DNA of 64,000 bases from Oceanispirochaeta sp. (GCA_963666275.2 CAXXOA010000001.1:2176001-2240000), one strand, 5' to 3'; counted from the first letter of the stretch, positions 49,170 through 60,653 are shown. Numbers and translations: made by a program. Notes: generated by a model from the sequence alone, not told the origin.

Positions 49170-49757
49170 AAGCACCTGCAGGGCGTTGGCGTTCATGCCC
49201 CCTTCGGGAATGATGATATCGGCGTAGCGTTTGGTGGGCTCGATAAACTCGAAATGCCCGGGGCGCACCACGTCCATATACTGCTTGATCACCGACTCCT
49301 GGGTTCTGCCCCGTTCGTTCACATCCCGCTGGAGCCGCCGGATAAAACGGATGTCATCGGGGGTATCCACAAAGATTTTAAGATCCATCAGATCCCGGAT
49401 GGGCTTTTCCGCAAAAATCATGATCCCCTCGAAGATAATGACCTTATGGGGTTCCACCCGGATGGTATCGTCCATCCTCCGGTGGTGGACAAAGTCGTAC
49501 TGGGGCATATCGATGGCTTTGCCGTTTTTCAGGTCCTTCAGATGCTGATACATCAGATCCTTGTCAAACGCATTGGGGTGGTCGAAGTTGAAGTCGGTGA
49601 TATTGCTGTTGGTGATAAACTCGGCGGACCGGTAGTAATTGTCCTGGGGAATAAACACAAAGTCCGAAATGCTCTCTGAGATCTTGCGGACAATGGTAGT
49701 TTTGCCCGATCCTGATCCCCCTGTAATGCCAATTAATACCGGTGCCTCTCTCATCAC
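49116..49757 (-). CDS. udk: Uridine kinase
   Basis: [50 protein letters not shown]. Confidence 0.95.
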   Translation of the reverse strand: MMREAPVLIGITGGSGSGKTTIVRKISESISDFVFIPQDNYYRSAEFITNSNITDFNFDHPNAFDKDLMYQHLKDLKNGKAIDMPQYDFVHHRRMDDTIRVEPHKVIIFEGIMIFAEKPIRDLMDLKIFVDTPDDIRFIRRLQRDVNERGRTQESVIKQYMDVVRPGHFEFIEPTKRYADIIIPEGGMNANALQVLSTFVKDIISDDNPVFQD

Positions 49758-50560
49758 TGCTCTTCCTGTGCCTTCTGTTCTTCGATCTGCATCTCCAGAT
49801 CCGCCAGTTTTACCTGCAGAGCCTGAAGACTCTTTTCCAGACGCTTTTTCTGGGATTCCAGCTTTTTCAGGGTCATAACCGGTTCGGGCTTCTCCTTGCG
49901 GATAGCCTGTTTTACCTGATCCTGACTCTGGCCTTCCTTGAACGCACTCTCCAGCTCCTTCCGTTTCTGGGGTTCTTTCACAGAGGCGACGATTTTCATA
50001 TTTTCGTAACCGATCTCGGGGTCCACATCCATGGCGTAGACCTTCATAATCGATTTGGCCGAGTTCCGGTTCATCCCTAAAGCCCGGTCGACATAGTCTT
50101 CAAAAATGGCATGTTTCTGCTGGCACAGATCCAGGGCCTGAATCAGCAGTTTGCCGAAGTCTTTCATAACCTTGCCGTTGACAGACATGTACTTGTCCCG
50201 GATCTCCTGTGTGAGATCCCTGAACCGGGGATCCTCTTCAAATACATTGATATAGATTCCCTTCTCTTCCGCTACTTTCAGAAGGTTGTGGAAAATATCC
50301 CAGAAAAGGATGGTATGGGACCGCATGGTCACCTCCCCTTCGTGGCGGGTAAACTGAATATGGTGGGCAAACTCATGGATTGCCGTATAGACAAGGGCAT
50401 TATCATCGGTGAAATTTTTATTGTGAATGATAATTTCCTGCTTTTCCGGATGGTAGAGACCATCCACTTTTTTGCTGTTTTTCCCTGAAAATACAACAGA
50501 AAAATCGACCACTTCCGAATCTATCTGCAGCAGTTTTTCTTTTACCTGGTCCTGATTCAT
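49754..50560 (-). CDS. Conserved hypothetical protein with HExxH (SprT-like) motif and coiled-coil C-terminus
   Basis: TAIHEFAHH...SHTILFW. Confidence 0.7.
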   Translation of the reverse strand: MNQDQVKEKLLQIDSEVVDFSVVFSGKNSKKVDGLYHPEKQEIIIHNKNFTDDNALVYTAIHEFAHHIQFTRHEGEVTMRSHTILFWDIFHNLLKVAEEKGIYINVFEEDPRFRDLTQEIRDKYMSVNGKVMKDFGKLLIQALDLCQQKHAIFEDYVDRALGMNRNSAKSIMKVYAMDVDPEIGYENMKIVASVKEPQKRKELESAFKEGQSQDQVKQAIRKEKPEPVMTLKKLESQKKRLEKSLQALQVKLADLEMQIEEQKAQEEQ

Positions 50561-50710
50561 ATAATATCCTTCACTCCAGCCCCTTTCAAACGGATCAAAC
50601 CTGTTATCAGGGGTATTTTTCTCATCGAATTTTGTCCTTACTCTAATGGGTCAGCTCCGATTTGTCCAGATCTCTGGTAACCCTCAGTGGAGCTGTGATA
50701 GTATCATTTC

Positions 50711-52600
50711 ATGAATTTGATATCCGTGGACAAACTGACCATTAGCAAAGGAGGTCGCATCCTTGTGGAGGATGCTTCCTTCGGTATAGATACGGGGGAT
50801 AAAATTGCCCTGATTGGAACAAACGGCTCGGGAAAATCCAGCCTTATCAAGGTGCTGACGGGCAGAGACAACCCCGACGGAGGCACTGTATCCACCAATA
50901 ACGACCTCTATCTGAGCCAGGTGGAACAGCATCCCGCCTTCGAAGACAATGAAACCATTATGGACTTTATTTTCAGGGATGCCTCTCCCCAGATGGCCCT
51001 GGTCCGGCAGTACGAAACCGTTACATCCCGTATGGAGTCGGGAGATGTCTCGGAAGAGATTATGGAGAGCTTTCATGACCTTACCGATCAGATGGAAAAA
51101 CAGGGCTGCTGGGAGCTGGAGAGCCGGGTAAAATCCCTCTTAAGCGAACTTTCTCTTCATGACTTCACCTCTCCCATGAATGTCCTTTCCGGCGGTATGG
51201 TTAAAAAAGCCGCTCTGGTCAGGGCGCTTGTACAGGATTCGAACCTCCTGATTCTGGACGAACCCACAAACCATCTGGACATTCCCACCATTGAATGGCT
51301 GCAGGAGTATCTGAACAAGATGGATCAGGCTGTGATTCTTGTTACCCATGACAGGTATTTCCTTGAGAGGATCTGTACAAGGATTCTTGAAATTGATGAT
51401 CAGGGAATCTATCAGTACAAGGGCAACTACAGTCAGTATCTGGAACAGAAAGCCATACGGCAGAATATTGAAGAGAGGCGTCAGGCCCGGATCGAATCGA
51501 TCCTTCGAAAGGAGCTGAAGTGGATTTCCAGGGGGCCCCGGGCCAGAGCCGGGAAGGACAAACTCCGGACAGCCAACTACTACAACCTGATGGATCAGCA
51601 GGTTACTGATCAGGTGGCGGGAGCCGAGTTTTCCTCCTCCTACAGACGGCTGGGAAAGAAGATCCTCCATCTGAAAAAAATCGAATTCTCCTATGGGGAG
51701 AAGAAGGTTATCAATCCCTTTACCTACCAGTTCCGGCGGGGAGAAAGGATCGGACTGATAGGCCCCAACGGATCGGGCAAGACAACTTTTCTGAATCTGA
51801 TCAGCGATAGGCTGCAGCCCGATACAGGGAGCATCGATACAGGGATCAATACACATTTCGGATACTTTGACCAGACAGGAACGGTTCTGGAGGGGGATCA
51901 GAAGGTCATCGACTATCTCACAGAGTATGCCGAAACCATCACTCTGGCCGACGGTTCCCGTCTGAGCCCGTCTCAGCTGCTGGACCGCTTCCTCTTTCCC
52001 AAGTCGCTCTATTATACGCCGATCAAAGACATTTCCGGAGGTGAGAGACGGCGGCTCTACCTGATCAGGATCCTTCTGACCAATCCGAACTTCCTGCTCT
52101 TTGACGAACCTACCAATGACCTGGACCTGCAGACCCTGACCATGCTGGAAGAGTACCTGCAGGACTTTCCCGGATGTGTGGTTCTTGTCTCCCATGACCG
52201 GTATTTTCTGGACAGGGTGACTGACTTTCAGTTTGTTTTTGACGGATCCGGCAATATCCGGGGCTATGCGGGTAACTACTCGGACTACAAGTATGCCGAA
52301 GAAGAGGAGGAATCCCGGAAAAAACAGGAGTCCCGCCAGCAGAAAAGCGAAACAAAGCAGAAAGTGAAGACCGAGAAACCCCGGAAACTCTCCTATAAGG
52401 AAAAGAAGGAGTTTGAATCTCTGGAAGAGGAGATCATGATCCTGGAAGAGGAGATAGAGTCACTGGAAAAAACCTTCTCTGCCGCCGGATTCGGCGGTGA
52501 AGAGAGTGCGGAGAAGGTCAAAGAGTACAACAGCAAGAAAGAACTGCTTGATTATAAGTATTCCCGCTGGGAAGAGCTGGGAGCTCTGGATCAGAGCTGA
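50711..52600 (+). CDS. ABC-F ATPase (Uup-like)
   Basis: Two ABC cassettes (GTNGSGKS/LSGG/DEPTNHLD; GPNGSGKT/ISGGE/DEPTNDLD) and KLSYKEKKE C-terminal domain. Confidence 0.93.
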   Translation: MNLISVDKLTISKGGRILVEDASFGIDTGDKIALIGTNGSGKSSLIKVLTGRDNPDGGTVSTNNDLYLSQVEQHPAFEDNETIMDFIFRDASPQMALVRQYETVTSRMESGDVSEEIMESFHDLTDQMEKQGCWELESRVKSLLSELSLHDFTSPMNVLSGGMVKKAALVRALVQDSNLLILDEPTNHLDIPTIEWLQEYLNKMDQAVILVTHDRYFLERICTRILEIDDQGIYQYKGNYSQYLEQKAIRQNIEERRQARIESILRKELKWISRGPRARAGKDKLRTANYYNLMDQQVTDQVAGAEFSSSYRRLGKKILHLKKIEFSYGEKKVINPFTYQFRRGERIGLIGPNGSGKTTFLNLISDRLQPDTGSIDTGINTHFGYFDQTGTVLEGDQKVIDYLTEYAETITLADGSRLSPSQLLDRFLFPKSLYYTPIKDISGGERRRLYLIRILLTNPNFLLFDEPTNDLDLQTLTMLEEYLQDFPGCVVLVSHDRYFLDRVTDFQFVFDGSGNIRGYAGNYSDYKYAEEEEESRKKQESRQQKSETKQKVKTEKPRKLSYKEKKEFESLEEEIMILEEEIESLEKTFSAAGFGGEESAEKVKEYNSKKELLDYKYSRWEELGALDQS

Positions 52601-53814
52601 TCCTTCCACTCCCGCCATTTCAGAATGATAGAATCACGTAGCTGCTGGAATATATTGCCTTTTGGAATATCCACACCGGCCAGTACGGGAAGCTCCGCCA
52701 GCTTGACTGACCCCAGATAGTAGGAGACACTGCCGATCTGCTGATCCTCTGCCACCGGGGCAGTGATCATCTCCTGCAGATCCACCTTCATAAAGACCGC
52801 GGACTCTTCTGATTCTTTGAGAAAAGCCTCGGCTCTGTGATCAATAACAGGGGTCAGAAACTGGCTCCCGCCCTTCCATATCCGCTGTTCGGTCAGGACA
52901 GGCTGAGTCAGTTCGGTATTATCATAGTTGTCATAGCCGTAATCCAGCAGGAGAGCCGACTCTTCGGCCCTCCGGACAATCCCCTGAAAATAGGACTCCG
53001 TATGAACCCCCATAATCACAGAGATCAGCCTGGTCCCCTCACGCAGAGCGGTTCCTGTAAAGTTAAAACCCGATTCATCGATATATCCGGTTTTCAGGCC
53101 GTCAATGCCTTCATAGTCTCCCAGGAGCCTGTTGGTGTTGGTCTTCCTCCGGGGAACCTGTATCCTGTAGGTCAGGTCCTCCCTCAGATTTTCTGGGAGC
53201 GGATACATCATAAAGGGTACTGAATGGAGCTCCTCCAGAGCTTCCGGATAGTCCTGGATGTAGAATCGTGCCAGCCGGGCGTATTCCTCGGCTGTCACCA
53301 GGTTCAGCTCGCTCCAGCCGTCGGGATCCACAAAAAAAGAGTGTTCCAGCCCCAGCTGATCGGCCTTTTCATTCATTTTCCGGACGAAGGCTCCCACGCC
53401 CGGGCCGATCAGATCAGCCAGGGCATAGGCCGCATCGTTGCCCGATGCGACGGCCAGCCCCTTCATAAGATCCAGAACGGTGACCTCCTGGCCCTCTTCC
53501 AGCCCCATCAGGGATGACCGGGGCGGCCGGGAGAAGGAGGAACCTTTTTCGTCTATAGTAATGATCTGCCCTTTCTGGAGGGTGCCGTCGGAAAGGGCAT
53601 CATAGGCCAGATAAAGGGTCATCACTTTGGCCATCGAGGCGGGAGGTATGGGCAGATCTCCCTCCCGTTCATAAAGGATCCGTCCTGTATCAAACTCCAT
53701 GAGAACCGCAGACCGGGCGATGAGCTGTTCTTCGGGAAATTCCTGTGCCAGAAGGCCGGAAAAAGAAAGAACAGCCAGAAACGCAAGAAGAAAAGTCTTT
53801 TTCCCTCTGATCAT
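52591..53814 (-). CDS. dacA: D-alanyl-D-alanine carboxypeptidase (S11)
   Basis: PASMAK (SxxK), SGN, GLKTG. Confidence 0.9.
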   Translation of the reverse strand: MIRGKKTFLLAFLAVLSFSGLLAQEFPEEQLIARSAVLMEFDTGRILYEREGDLPIPPASMAKVMTLYLAYDALSDGTLQKGQIITIDEKGSSFSRPPRSSLMGLEEGQEVTVLDLMKGLAVASGNDAAYALADLIGPGVGAFVRKMNEKADQLGLEHSFFVDPDGWSELNLVTAEEYARLARFYIQDYPEALEELHSVPFMMYPLPENLREDLTYRIQVPRRKTNTNRLLGDYEGIDGLKTGYIDESGFNFTGTALREGTRLISVIMGVHTESYFQGIVRRAEESALLLDYGYDNYDNTELTQPVLTEQRIWKGGSQFLTPVIDHRAEAFLKESEESAVFMKVDLQEMITAPVAEDQQIGSVSYYLGSVKLAELPVLAGVDIPKGNIFQQLRDSIILKWREWKDQL

Positions 53815-55103
53815 GAATTGTCCGTATTATTAAAATGGGCTTTAAAAACTTTGATCATGTCCAGATGATCCTGTATTCCCGCAGTCTCCCGAATGCTGTG
53901 CATACTCCACAGAGGGTTTCCCACATCCACCGCGGGGATTCCCAGACGGGCGGCGGCGATGGGCCCCAGAGAGCGCCCTCCCCTGACATCCGACCGGTTC
54001 AGATAGGTTTGACAGGAAACCCCTGCCCGGGAACAGAGTTCCCTGAATTCCGCAGCTGTTTCGCCTGTGGAGGCGTAGCTCCAGTTGGCATTGAACTTGA
54101 CCACCGGCCCTTTATTGAGCAGAGGAACGGCATTTTCATCGTAGAGATGGGTAAAATTGGGATGCAGACCATGGGCCTGGTCGGCGGAAATCATAAAAGA
54201 AGACCTGCCTGAACGCAGAAAATCCTCCCGGCTGCCTCCGGAGGCCAGAACGATCCTTTCCAGAATCTGTTCCAGAAAGGAGGAATCCGCCCCATGGGGT
54301 GTAAGGCTGCCCATCTCCTCGTTATCGAAAAGCGCGGCCACAGAGACGGCTTTTGATTTTCCCGCCTCTTTCAGAGCTGTCAGAGCGGCATGACACATAC
54401 CCAGATTATCAATCCGTCCGGAAGTGAAGTAACTTCCCTGCCATCCGGCTCTTTCAGCCCCCATGGTATCGCAGACCAGAAGATCCGCTTCCAGGATACT
54501 GTCGGCGGCAATCCCTTCTTCCCCGGCAATCAGGCTGTAGAGACTCTCGGATCCCTCCTTTACAGGTTCGCCCAGCAGAAGAGAGAGATGGGTCTGGGGA
54601 TTATAGTCAAACCCCTTGTTCAGTTCCCGGTTCAGATGGATCGGAGGATTGGGAATCAGGCAGGAGGCGCCCTCTTTTTTATAGAGCCGGGATTCCAGCC
54701 CTGAGGACGTTCTGACAATCAGACGCCCCGCTATGGTCAGATTCCTGTCCAGCCAGGTGGAAAGGATAGGACCTCCCAGAACTTCCAGACCCGCTTTCAA
54801 CACTCCACTCTGAAGGGAGAGGGTATCTCCTTTCAATCGGAACCCGGGACTGTCCGTATGGGCTGCGATCAGCCTGAAGCCTTCATCGGAAGGCCGGAGC
54901 TCACCCGTGTGAAAAGCAATCAGGCTGCTTCCGTTCCGGACCACATAGTAGCCGGTCTGAGGTTCCAGATTCCAGGAAAGGGATTCATCCAGCTTTTTAT
55001 ACCCTGAAGATTCCAGAATAACCGAAGCCTCTGCCGCCCCGTGAAAGGGGGTCACAGAGGCATCCAGAAAGTGAAAAAGATCTTTAATGATTGTATCGCT
55101 CAT
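53811..55103 (-). CDS. M18 family aminopeptidase
   Basis: AHTDSP, TWLDRNL, RIDNL, DNEEMGS, SADQAH, MHSIRE. Confidence 0.92.
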   Translation of the reverse strand: MSDTIIKDLFHFLDASVTPFHGAAEASVILESSGYKKLDESLSWNLEPQTGYYVVRNGSSLIAFHTGELRPSDEGFRLIAAHTDSPGFRLKGDTLSLQSGVLKAGLEVLGGPILSTWLDRNLTIAGRLIVRTSSGLESRLYKKEGASCLIPNPPIHLNRELNKGFDYNPQTHLSLLLGEPVKEGSESLYSLIAGEEGIAADSILEADLLVCDTMGAERAGWQGSYFTSGRIDNLGMCHAALTALKEAGKSKAVSVAALFDNEEMGSLTPHGADSSFLEQILERIVLASGGSREDFLRSGRSSFMISADQAHGLHPNFTHLYDENAVPLLNKGPVVKFNANWSYASTGETAAEFRELCSRAGVSCQTYLNRSDVRGGRSLGPIAAARLGIPAVDVGNPLWSMHSIRETAGIQDHLDMIKVFKAHFNNTDNS

Positions 55104-55112
55104 GAATTAAAA

Positions 55113-55814
55113 TCAGTCTCTCCGTCCGAGGATTCTCAGTATAAAAAGGAACATGTTGATGAAATCCAGATAAAGTTTCAGAGCTCCCAGAATGGAAAGC
55201 TTCATAAAGGTATCGTTGTCGCTGCTGTAGCTCATCTGACGGCTCATATTTTTAATCATCTGTGTATCGTAGGCGGTAAGACCTGTAAAAAGGAGAACAC
55301 CTGCATAGGAGATGATATAGTCCATACCGGGGCTTCTGAGGAACATATTGATCAGGGACGCCGCGATCAGGCCGATCAGCCCCATGAAAAGGTAATGGCC
55401 CATGCCGGACAGGTCCCTTTTGGTGGAGACCGCATAAAGACTCATGGCTCCGAAAAGAGTCGCTGTGGCGAAAAAGGCATTATAAACGGTCCCCAGACCG
55501 TAGACCAGAAAAATACTGGACATATTGATGCCGTTCAAGGCCGCATAGACAGCAAAACTGATCATAGCCGACCGGACTGGCATCTGCATAATCCGGGCGG
55601 ACAGGCGGAAGACAAGTACCAGCTCGGCAATAATCAGTCCGAACATCAGCATGGGGTTTCTGATAACCTGATAGAACAGAGCTGTTCCGACGAATCCCCG
55701 GGCGACCACGGCCGTCAGGAATAGACCTGCGGTCATCCAGAGGTAGACATTTTTCAGTATGGTTCGTTCCTGAACAGCCGCCTGTGTACGGGTATTCTTA
55801 AAAGCATCACTCAT
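55113..55814 (-). CDS. Bax inhibitor-1/YccA family membrane protein
   Basis: VYLWM, LTAYDTQ, GALKLYLDFINMF. Confidence 0.92.
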   Translation of the reverse strand: MSDAFKNTRTQAAVQERTILKNVYLWMTAGLFLTAVVARGFVGTALFYQVIRNPMLMFGLIIAELVLVFRLSARIMQMPVRSAMISFAVYAALNGINMSSIFLVYGLGTVYNAFFATATLFGAMSLYAVSTKRDLSGMGHYLFMGLIGLIAASLINMFLRSPGMDYIISYAGVLLFTGLTAYDTQMIKNMSRQMSYSSDNDTFMKLSILGALKLYLDFINMFLFILRILGRRD

Positions 55815-56019
55815 TGTTAAATCTCCTTGTAAGCTCATGTGAGAGCCGGTAATGGATAAATATATTTCTTAAATTGCAGTTAAAATATACTCATAATTAT
55901 AAAAAAAGCAAAGCAGCGAAAGGTTTCACACTCTATAAAAGGATTTTCAGTTGACAGATGCTCTGTTTTTCGTGAGAATGGTTACATGTTTCTACGCATA
56001 AGAACAAGGAGAAAAGTCA

Positions 56020-57054
56020 ATGAAATCTGCTACTTTGAAAATAACCGGTATTTTTCTATTATTACTGGTCCTGTTTGCAGGATGCTCCAAAACAGATGAA
56101 AGTGCTTCTGAACCGCAGGCTGCGTCAGAAGAGAAAGCCCCGGCTCCGGAACCCCTTAAAATTGGAATTACCAAAATTGTGGCTCACCCCGCACTGGATG
56201 CCCTGGAACAGGGTGCTGTGGAAGTGATCAAAGAGACCTATCCGGATGCCCAGTTCGATCTGCAGAACGCCAACGGAGAAATGTCGACAGCCACCTCGAT
56301 TGCCCAGAAATTCAAGGCCGACAAAGTGGATCTTGCCATCGGTATTGCCACCCCTACAGCACAGGCCCTTGTGAATACAATCAAAGACACTCCCATCCTC
56401 TATTCAGCGGTAACCGATCCCGTGGATGCAGGCCTGGTAGACAGCTATGACCAGGGCGGTGCCAATGTAACAGGTATCTCCGACATGACCCCCGTAAAAG
56501 ACCAGATCAAACTGCTGTCAACACTGACAGATCTTAAAACTCTGGGACATATATACACTTCCAGCGAAGCCAATGCTGTCCGTCTTGCAGAGATGGCGGA
56601 AGAAGCCTGTGCAGAACTGGGAATAGAGTTTATAGGAACCACCGTATCCAACTCGGCAGAAGTAAAACAGGCCGCCCAGACCATCGTCGACAAGGTTGAC
56701 GGTCTTTATATCAGCACGGACAACACTGTGGTTTCCGCCCTGGCCGCTGTCACAGATGTAGCCAACAGAGCGGGAAAACCCCTGATGTCTGCCGACCCCA
56801 GTTCGGGAGCGGACAACGATGTTCTCATCGCCTGGGGATTTGACTACTACAAAATGGGAAAAGCCGCCGGAAGAATGGCTGTGGAAGTCCTTCAGGGTAA
56901 AAAAACAAGCGATATCCCCACGATGTTCATGACAAGCGTGGATGACATCGATCTGCTGATCAACCTGGATGTGGCCAAACAGCTGGGAATAACCTTTCCC
57001 GACGACCTGATTGCCAAAGCCGCCACTGTGATCGAAAACGGAGCCATAAGGTAA
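56020..57054 (+). CDS. ABC transporter substrate-binding lipoprotein (TrpX-like)
   Basis: Lipobox FAGC; HPALD, IATP, AVTDP, VTGISD, TDNT. Confidence 0.9.
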   Translation: MKSATLKITGIFLLLLVLFAGCSKTDESASEPQAASEEKAPAPEPLKIGITKIVAHPALDALEQGAVEVIKETYPDAQFDLQNANGEMSTATSIAQKFKADKVDLAIGIATPTAQALVNTIKDTPILYSAVTDPVDAGLVDSYDQGGANVTGISDMTPVKDQIKLLSTLTDLKTLGHIYTSSEANAVRLAEMAEEACAELGIEFIGTTVSNSAEVKQAAQTIVDKVDGLYISTDNTVVSALAAVTDVANRAGKPLMSADPSSGADNDVLIAWGFDYYKMGKAAGRMAVEVLQGKKTSDIPTMFMTSVDDIDLLINLDVAKQLGITFPDDLIAKAATVIENGAIR

Positions 57055-57211
57055 GCAGAACCCCCTGAGGGAAAAGAAAAAGTAAAACCCCGCGGGGCTG
57101 GTGGAAACCAGTCCCGTTTTTCATGTAAGATGATTTCCTGACAGTTACTACAACTGTCAGGTAACCATCTTATATAGATAATTCTGTATGTAAAATGAGA
57201 AAGAGGAATAT

Positions 57212-58126
57212 ATGATTGAAGGTATTTTAGTTGAAGGACTGATATACGGAATCCTGGCTCTGGGAGTGTTTATTACATTCCGGATACTGGATTTTCCCGA
57301 TTTGACCGTTGACGGCAGTTTTCCTATGGGAGCGGTTATAACAGGCAGCTGTCTGACCGCAGGGGTTCACCCCCTCCTGAGCATTCTGATCGCATTTGCC
57401 GGAGGCTGCCTGGCCGGTATGGTCACGGCGATGATCCACAATAAACTGAAGGTTCCCAACCTTCTGGCGGGTATCCTGACCATGACCATGCTCTATTCGG
57501 TGAATATCCGGATCCTGGGCAACAGAGCCAATCTGCCTCTGATGAAGACCAGAACCATTATTACCGATGTGATGGGAATGACCGAGTCATTTCTCGGCTA
57601 CAGCGGAACTCTCCTTCTGTTTTTCCTTATTGTGTTTTTCCTTGTGAAGATCCTTCTGGATCTCTTTTTCCTGACCGATATGGGGCTCTCACTGGGTGCC
57701 ATGGGTAACAACGAGCAGATGGTAATTACCCTGGGGGTGAATCCGGAAGTTATGAAACTGATCGGTGTTGGTCTTTCCAACGGACTGGTTGCCACGGCCG
57801 GCGCCTTTGCCGCTCAGTATCAGGGCTTTGCCGATGTCAACCTGGGGCAGGGAATCGTCGTACAGGGCCTGGCCATGGTTATGCTGGGAGAGTTTATCCT
57901 GTCTTCCAACAAAATCTATATACTCACCTTCAGAGTTCTTCTGGGAGCGATCCTTTTCAAGGCCATCATGTATTTCGGACGCTACTACGGATACTACATC
58001 CATCTGACCCCCAACGACCTGAAGCTGATCACGGGACTCCTGATTATCCTCTCCCTCTACCTTTCCCGGTTTAAGAATACCAATATAAAACAGCTAGTAA
58101 TGACAGCAGTGGGAGGCAGGAAATAA
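57212..58126 (+). CDS. ABC transporter permease
   Basis: FRILDFPDLTVDGSF, LLAGIL, QYQGFADVNLG. Confidence 0.92.
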   Translation: MIEGILVEGLIYGILALGVFITFRILDFPDLTVDGSFPMGAVITGSCLTAGVHPLLSILIAFAGGCLAGMVTAMIHNKLKVPNLLAGILTMTMLYSVNIRILGNRANLPLMKTRTIITDVMGMTESFLGYSGTLLLFFLIVFFLVKILLDLFFLTDMGLSLGAMGNNEQMVITLGVNPEVMKLIGVGLSNGLVATAGAFAAQYQGFADVNLGQGIVVQGLAMVMLGEFILSSNKIYILTFRVLLGAILFKAIMYFGRYYGYYIHLTPNDLKLITGLLIILSLYLSRFKNTNIKQLVMTAVGGRK

Positions 58127-58917
58127 TGATTGAACTGAAAGATATCAATATGATTTTCGGTGAAGGGACTCCCAACCGGAACCATGTGCTGAGAGATGTG
58201 AACTTCCATGTGAAACAGGGGGATTTCATTACCATTGTAGGATCCAACGGAGCGGGAAAAACAACCCTCTACAATGCGATTTCCGGTCACTATCCCGTGA
58301 CTTCCGGAGAAGTCCTTTTCAATGGTTCGGATGTAACAAGAATGCCCGAATACAAAAGGGCCGGCTTTATAGGAAGGATCTTTCAGGATCCTCTCCTGGG
58401 AACCGCGGGAAACATGTCCATTGAAGACAATATGGTCATTGCCGCCTATAAGGGCATGAAAAAGATCCGGAAAACTCTGAACAGAAAAAAAAGGGAACAG
58501 TTCAAAGAGCTCCTTGTTCAGCTTGAAATGGACCTGGAATCCCGCCTTAAAAACAACGTGGCCCTCCTTTCGGGAGGCCAGAGACAGGCACTGACTCTGC
58601 TTATGATGGTTATGTCCAAACCGGAGCTGATCCTTCTGGATGAGCACACAGCCGCTCTGGACCCGCGGAATGCCGCCAAGGTGATGGAACTGACTTTCAA
58701 GTTTATTAATGAATACAACCTGACGGCCATGATGATTACCCACAATATGCAGCATGCCATCGATTATGGTAACCGTCTGATCATGATGGACAAGGGAGAG
58801 ATCATCCTCGATGTGTCGGGAGAAGATAAAAAAGAGCTGACCGTTCAGAAACTTGTGAATAAATTTCATGAAATCCGCAAGGAAGATTTTCTAAACGACG
58901 AAGCCCTGCTATCATAA
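58126..58917 (+). CDS. ABC transporter ATP-binding protein
   Basis: GSNGAGKT, LSGGQRQ, LLDEHTAALDP. Confidence 0.95.
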   Translation: MIELKDINMIFGEGTPNRNHVLRDVNFHVKQGDFITIVGSNGAGKTTLYNAISGHYPVTSGEVLFNGSDVTRMPEYKRAGFIGRIFQDPLLGTAGNMSIEDNMVIAAYKGMKKIRKTLNRKKREQFKELLVQLEMDLESRLKNNVALLSGGQRQALTLLMMVMSKPELILLDEHTAALDPRNAAKVMELTFKFINEYNLTAMMITHNMQHAIDYGNRLIMMDKGEIILDVSGEDKKELTVQKLVNKFHEIRKEDFLNDEALLS

Positions 58918-58975
58918 ACGGGAATAGAACTATATTGGGATCTGTTCTGAAAAAAACAGATCCGGGAGGAATATT

Positions 58976-59419
58976 GTGGCAAAGAAAGTGGTACTGGCCA
59001 ATGATCACGGTGCAGTGGAGTTGAAAGAAGAGATCAAATCCTTTCTGGAAGCGGAAGGATATGAAGTGAATGATCTTGGTGTAGCCGCCGAAGAAGCGGC
59101 GGATTATCCTGACCAGGCTGAAAAAGCCTGCCGGGAGTACCTGAAAGGGGGGTACGAGTTCGGTATCGTATTCTGCGGAACAGGGATCGGAATATCCATG
59201 GCTGCCAATAAAATTGATGGTATACGCTGTGCTCTGCCCCAGAACAGCTTTGCCGCAGAGATGGCCAAGGTACATAACAATGCCAATATTCTTTCTTTCG
59301 GCGGAAGAATAGAGTACACGGACAGTGTCAAAGATATGGTCAAAACCTTTATGGACCATGATTTTGAAGGCGGCCGTCATGAACGCCGGGTCAACAAGAT
59401 CATGGATCTGGAAAAATAG
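58976..59419 (+). CDS. rpiB: Ribose-5-phosphate isomerase B
   Basis: DHG, DYPD, CGTGIG, HNNAN, GGRHERRV. Confidence 0.95.
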   Translation: MAKKVVLANDHGAVELKEEIKSFLEAEGYEVNDLGVAAEEAADYPDQAEKACREYLKGGYEFGIVFCGTGIGISMAANKIDGIRCALPQNSFAAEMAKVHNNANILSFGGRIEYTDSVKDMVKTFMDHDFEGGRHERRVNKIMDLEK

Positions 59420-59434
59420 GCTGTGCTTCAGCTG

Positions 59435-59466
59435 AAAAAATCCCTGCGGCTGCAGGGATTTTTTTT
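59435..59466. terminator. Bidirectional Rho-independent terminator
   Basis: A-run, TCCCTGC-ggct-GCAGGGA stem, T-run. Confidence 0.8.
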
Positions 59467-59533
59467 GGCTCTCTATCCAACTGCCAGGGGATTCTCTCAT
59501 GAGAACGGCCTCTCCCCCTCTGTCCCTTTCTCC

Positions 59534-59677
59534 CCCTTCGGCTCCGCTCAGGGACCAAAAGGGCTGGTCGGAAGCCAGCTACCTGCTCGCCTATGCAGCC
59601 GTAGGAGACGGGGAAGTATGTTTATAAAATTTTATTTTGCTCCCCTCAACCCATGATCCCTGAGGGGAGCCGAAGGG
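59534..59677. repeat. REP/MITE-like element with 21-bp terminal inverted repeats
   Basis: CCCTTCGGCTCCGCTCAGGGA (59534-59554) and its inverted copy (59657-59677), one mismatch. Confidence 0.7.
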
Positions 59678-60382
59678 TTACGAGATGGCGGTTTCCAGGG
59701 CCAGTTTCATCATCTGGGTAAAGGTGGTCTGGCGCTCCTCGGACGTGGTGGCTTCTCCTGTTACCAGGCTGTCGCTGACTGTGAGGATTGTCAGAGCCTG
59801 AATGCCCTTTTTAGCTGCGATTGTGTACAGGGCCGCCGCTTCCATTTCCACAGCCAGGACGCCGTGACGGGACCAGAGTTTCCACTCTTCCGGATCGTCA
59901 TTGTAGAAAATATCCGTAGACAGGATATTTCCCGCATGAAAGGGCTGATTCAGACTCTTCGCCGCTTCTACCGCTTTGGCAAAGAGTTCGTAGCTGGCAG
60001 TGGGGGCAAAGTGCATTCCCTTGAAGGTTACGTTGTTGATGCAGCTGTCTGTGGAGGCGCTCATACCCAGAATGATATCCCGGATTTTCACGCTTTCATG
60101 AAGGGCTCCGCAGGAACCGATCCGCATGATCCGTTTGACTCCGTAGTCTTTAATAAGTTCGTTCACATAGATTCCGATGGAGGGAACTCCCATACCGCTA
60201 CCCTGAATGGAAACTTTCTTTCCCTTATAGGTTCCGGTATATCCGTACATACCTCTCACTTTGGTATAGCACACAGCATCTTCGAGAAAATTTTCCGCAA
60301 TGAATTTTGCTCTCAGAGGATCTCCGGGCATCAGGACTGTTTCAGCAATATCTCCGGGTTTGGCTCCAATATGTATACTCAT
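59678..60382 (-). CDS. deoD: Purine nucleoside phosphorylase
   Basis: MSIHIGA, PGDPLRA, GMGVPS, RIGSCG, VEME, TVSD. Confidence 0.95.
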   Translation of the reverse strand: MSIHIGAKPGDIAETVLMPGDPLRAKFIAENFLEDAVCYTKVRGMYGYTGTYKGKKVSIQGSGMGVPSIGIYVNELIKDYGVKRIMRIGSCGALHESVKIRDIILGMSASTDSCINNVTFKGMHFAPTASYELFAKAVEAAKSLNQPFHAGNILSTDIFYNDDPEEWKLWSRHGVLAVEMEAAALYTIAAKKGIQALTILTVSDSLVTGEATTSEERQTTFTQMMKLALETAIS

Positions 60383-60573
60383 GATCAAGCTCCTTATACA
60401 GGTTTCCTATAACCTGCCTTTATTCCGCATAATTATCATTTTAAATGATAGTTCACCATTTGAAAAATTAAAACCCCGATCCCACTTTGTCAGACTTCCC
60501 GGCGGGGAGAGCAATATTCCTGATCAGGACAGCTTGACAGTCCCCCCCTTTTTCATTAATCTTCACTCCAGAT

Positions 60574-60647
60574 GGTCGACTAGCTCATTTGGATAGAGCG
60601 CTTCCCTCCGGAGGAAGAGGTGGTGGGTTCGAATCCCGCGTCGATCA
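60574..60647 (+). tRNA. tRNA-Arg(CCG)
   Basis: Acceptor GGTCGAC/GTCGATC, D-arm TAGCTCA..GGATAGAGC, anticodon arm CTTCC-ctCCGga-GGAAG, T-loop GTTCGAATC; CCA not encoded. Confidence 0.93.
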
Positions 60648-60653
60648 ATTCAA

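Noticed and set aside
57124..57171. Long hairpin between the ABC binding-protein and permease genes as an ncRNA
   Set aside because: More simply an intercistronic mRNA stability or attenuation stem; no family features recognised
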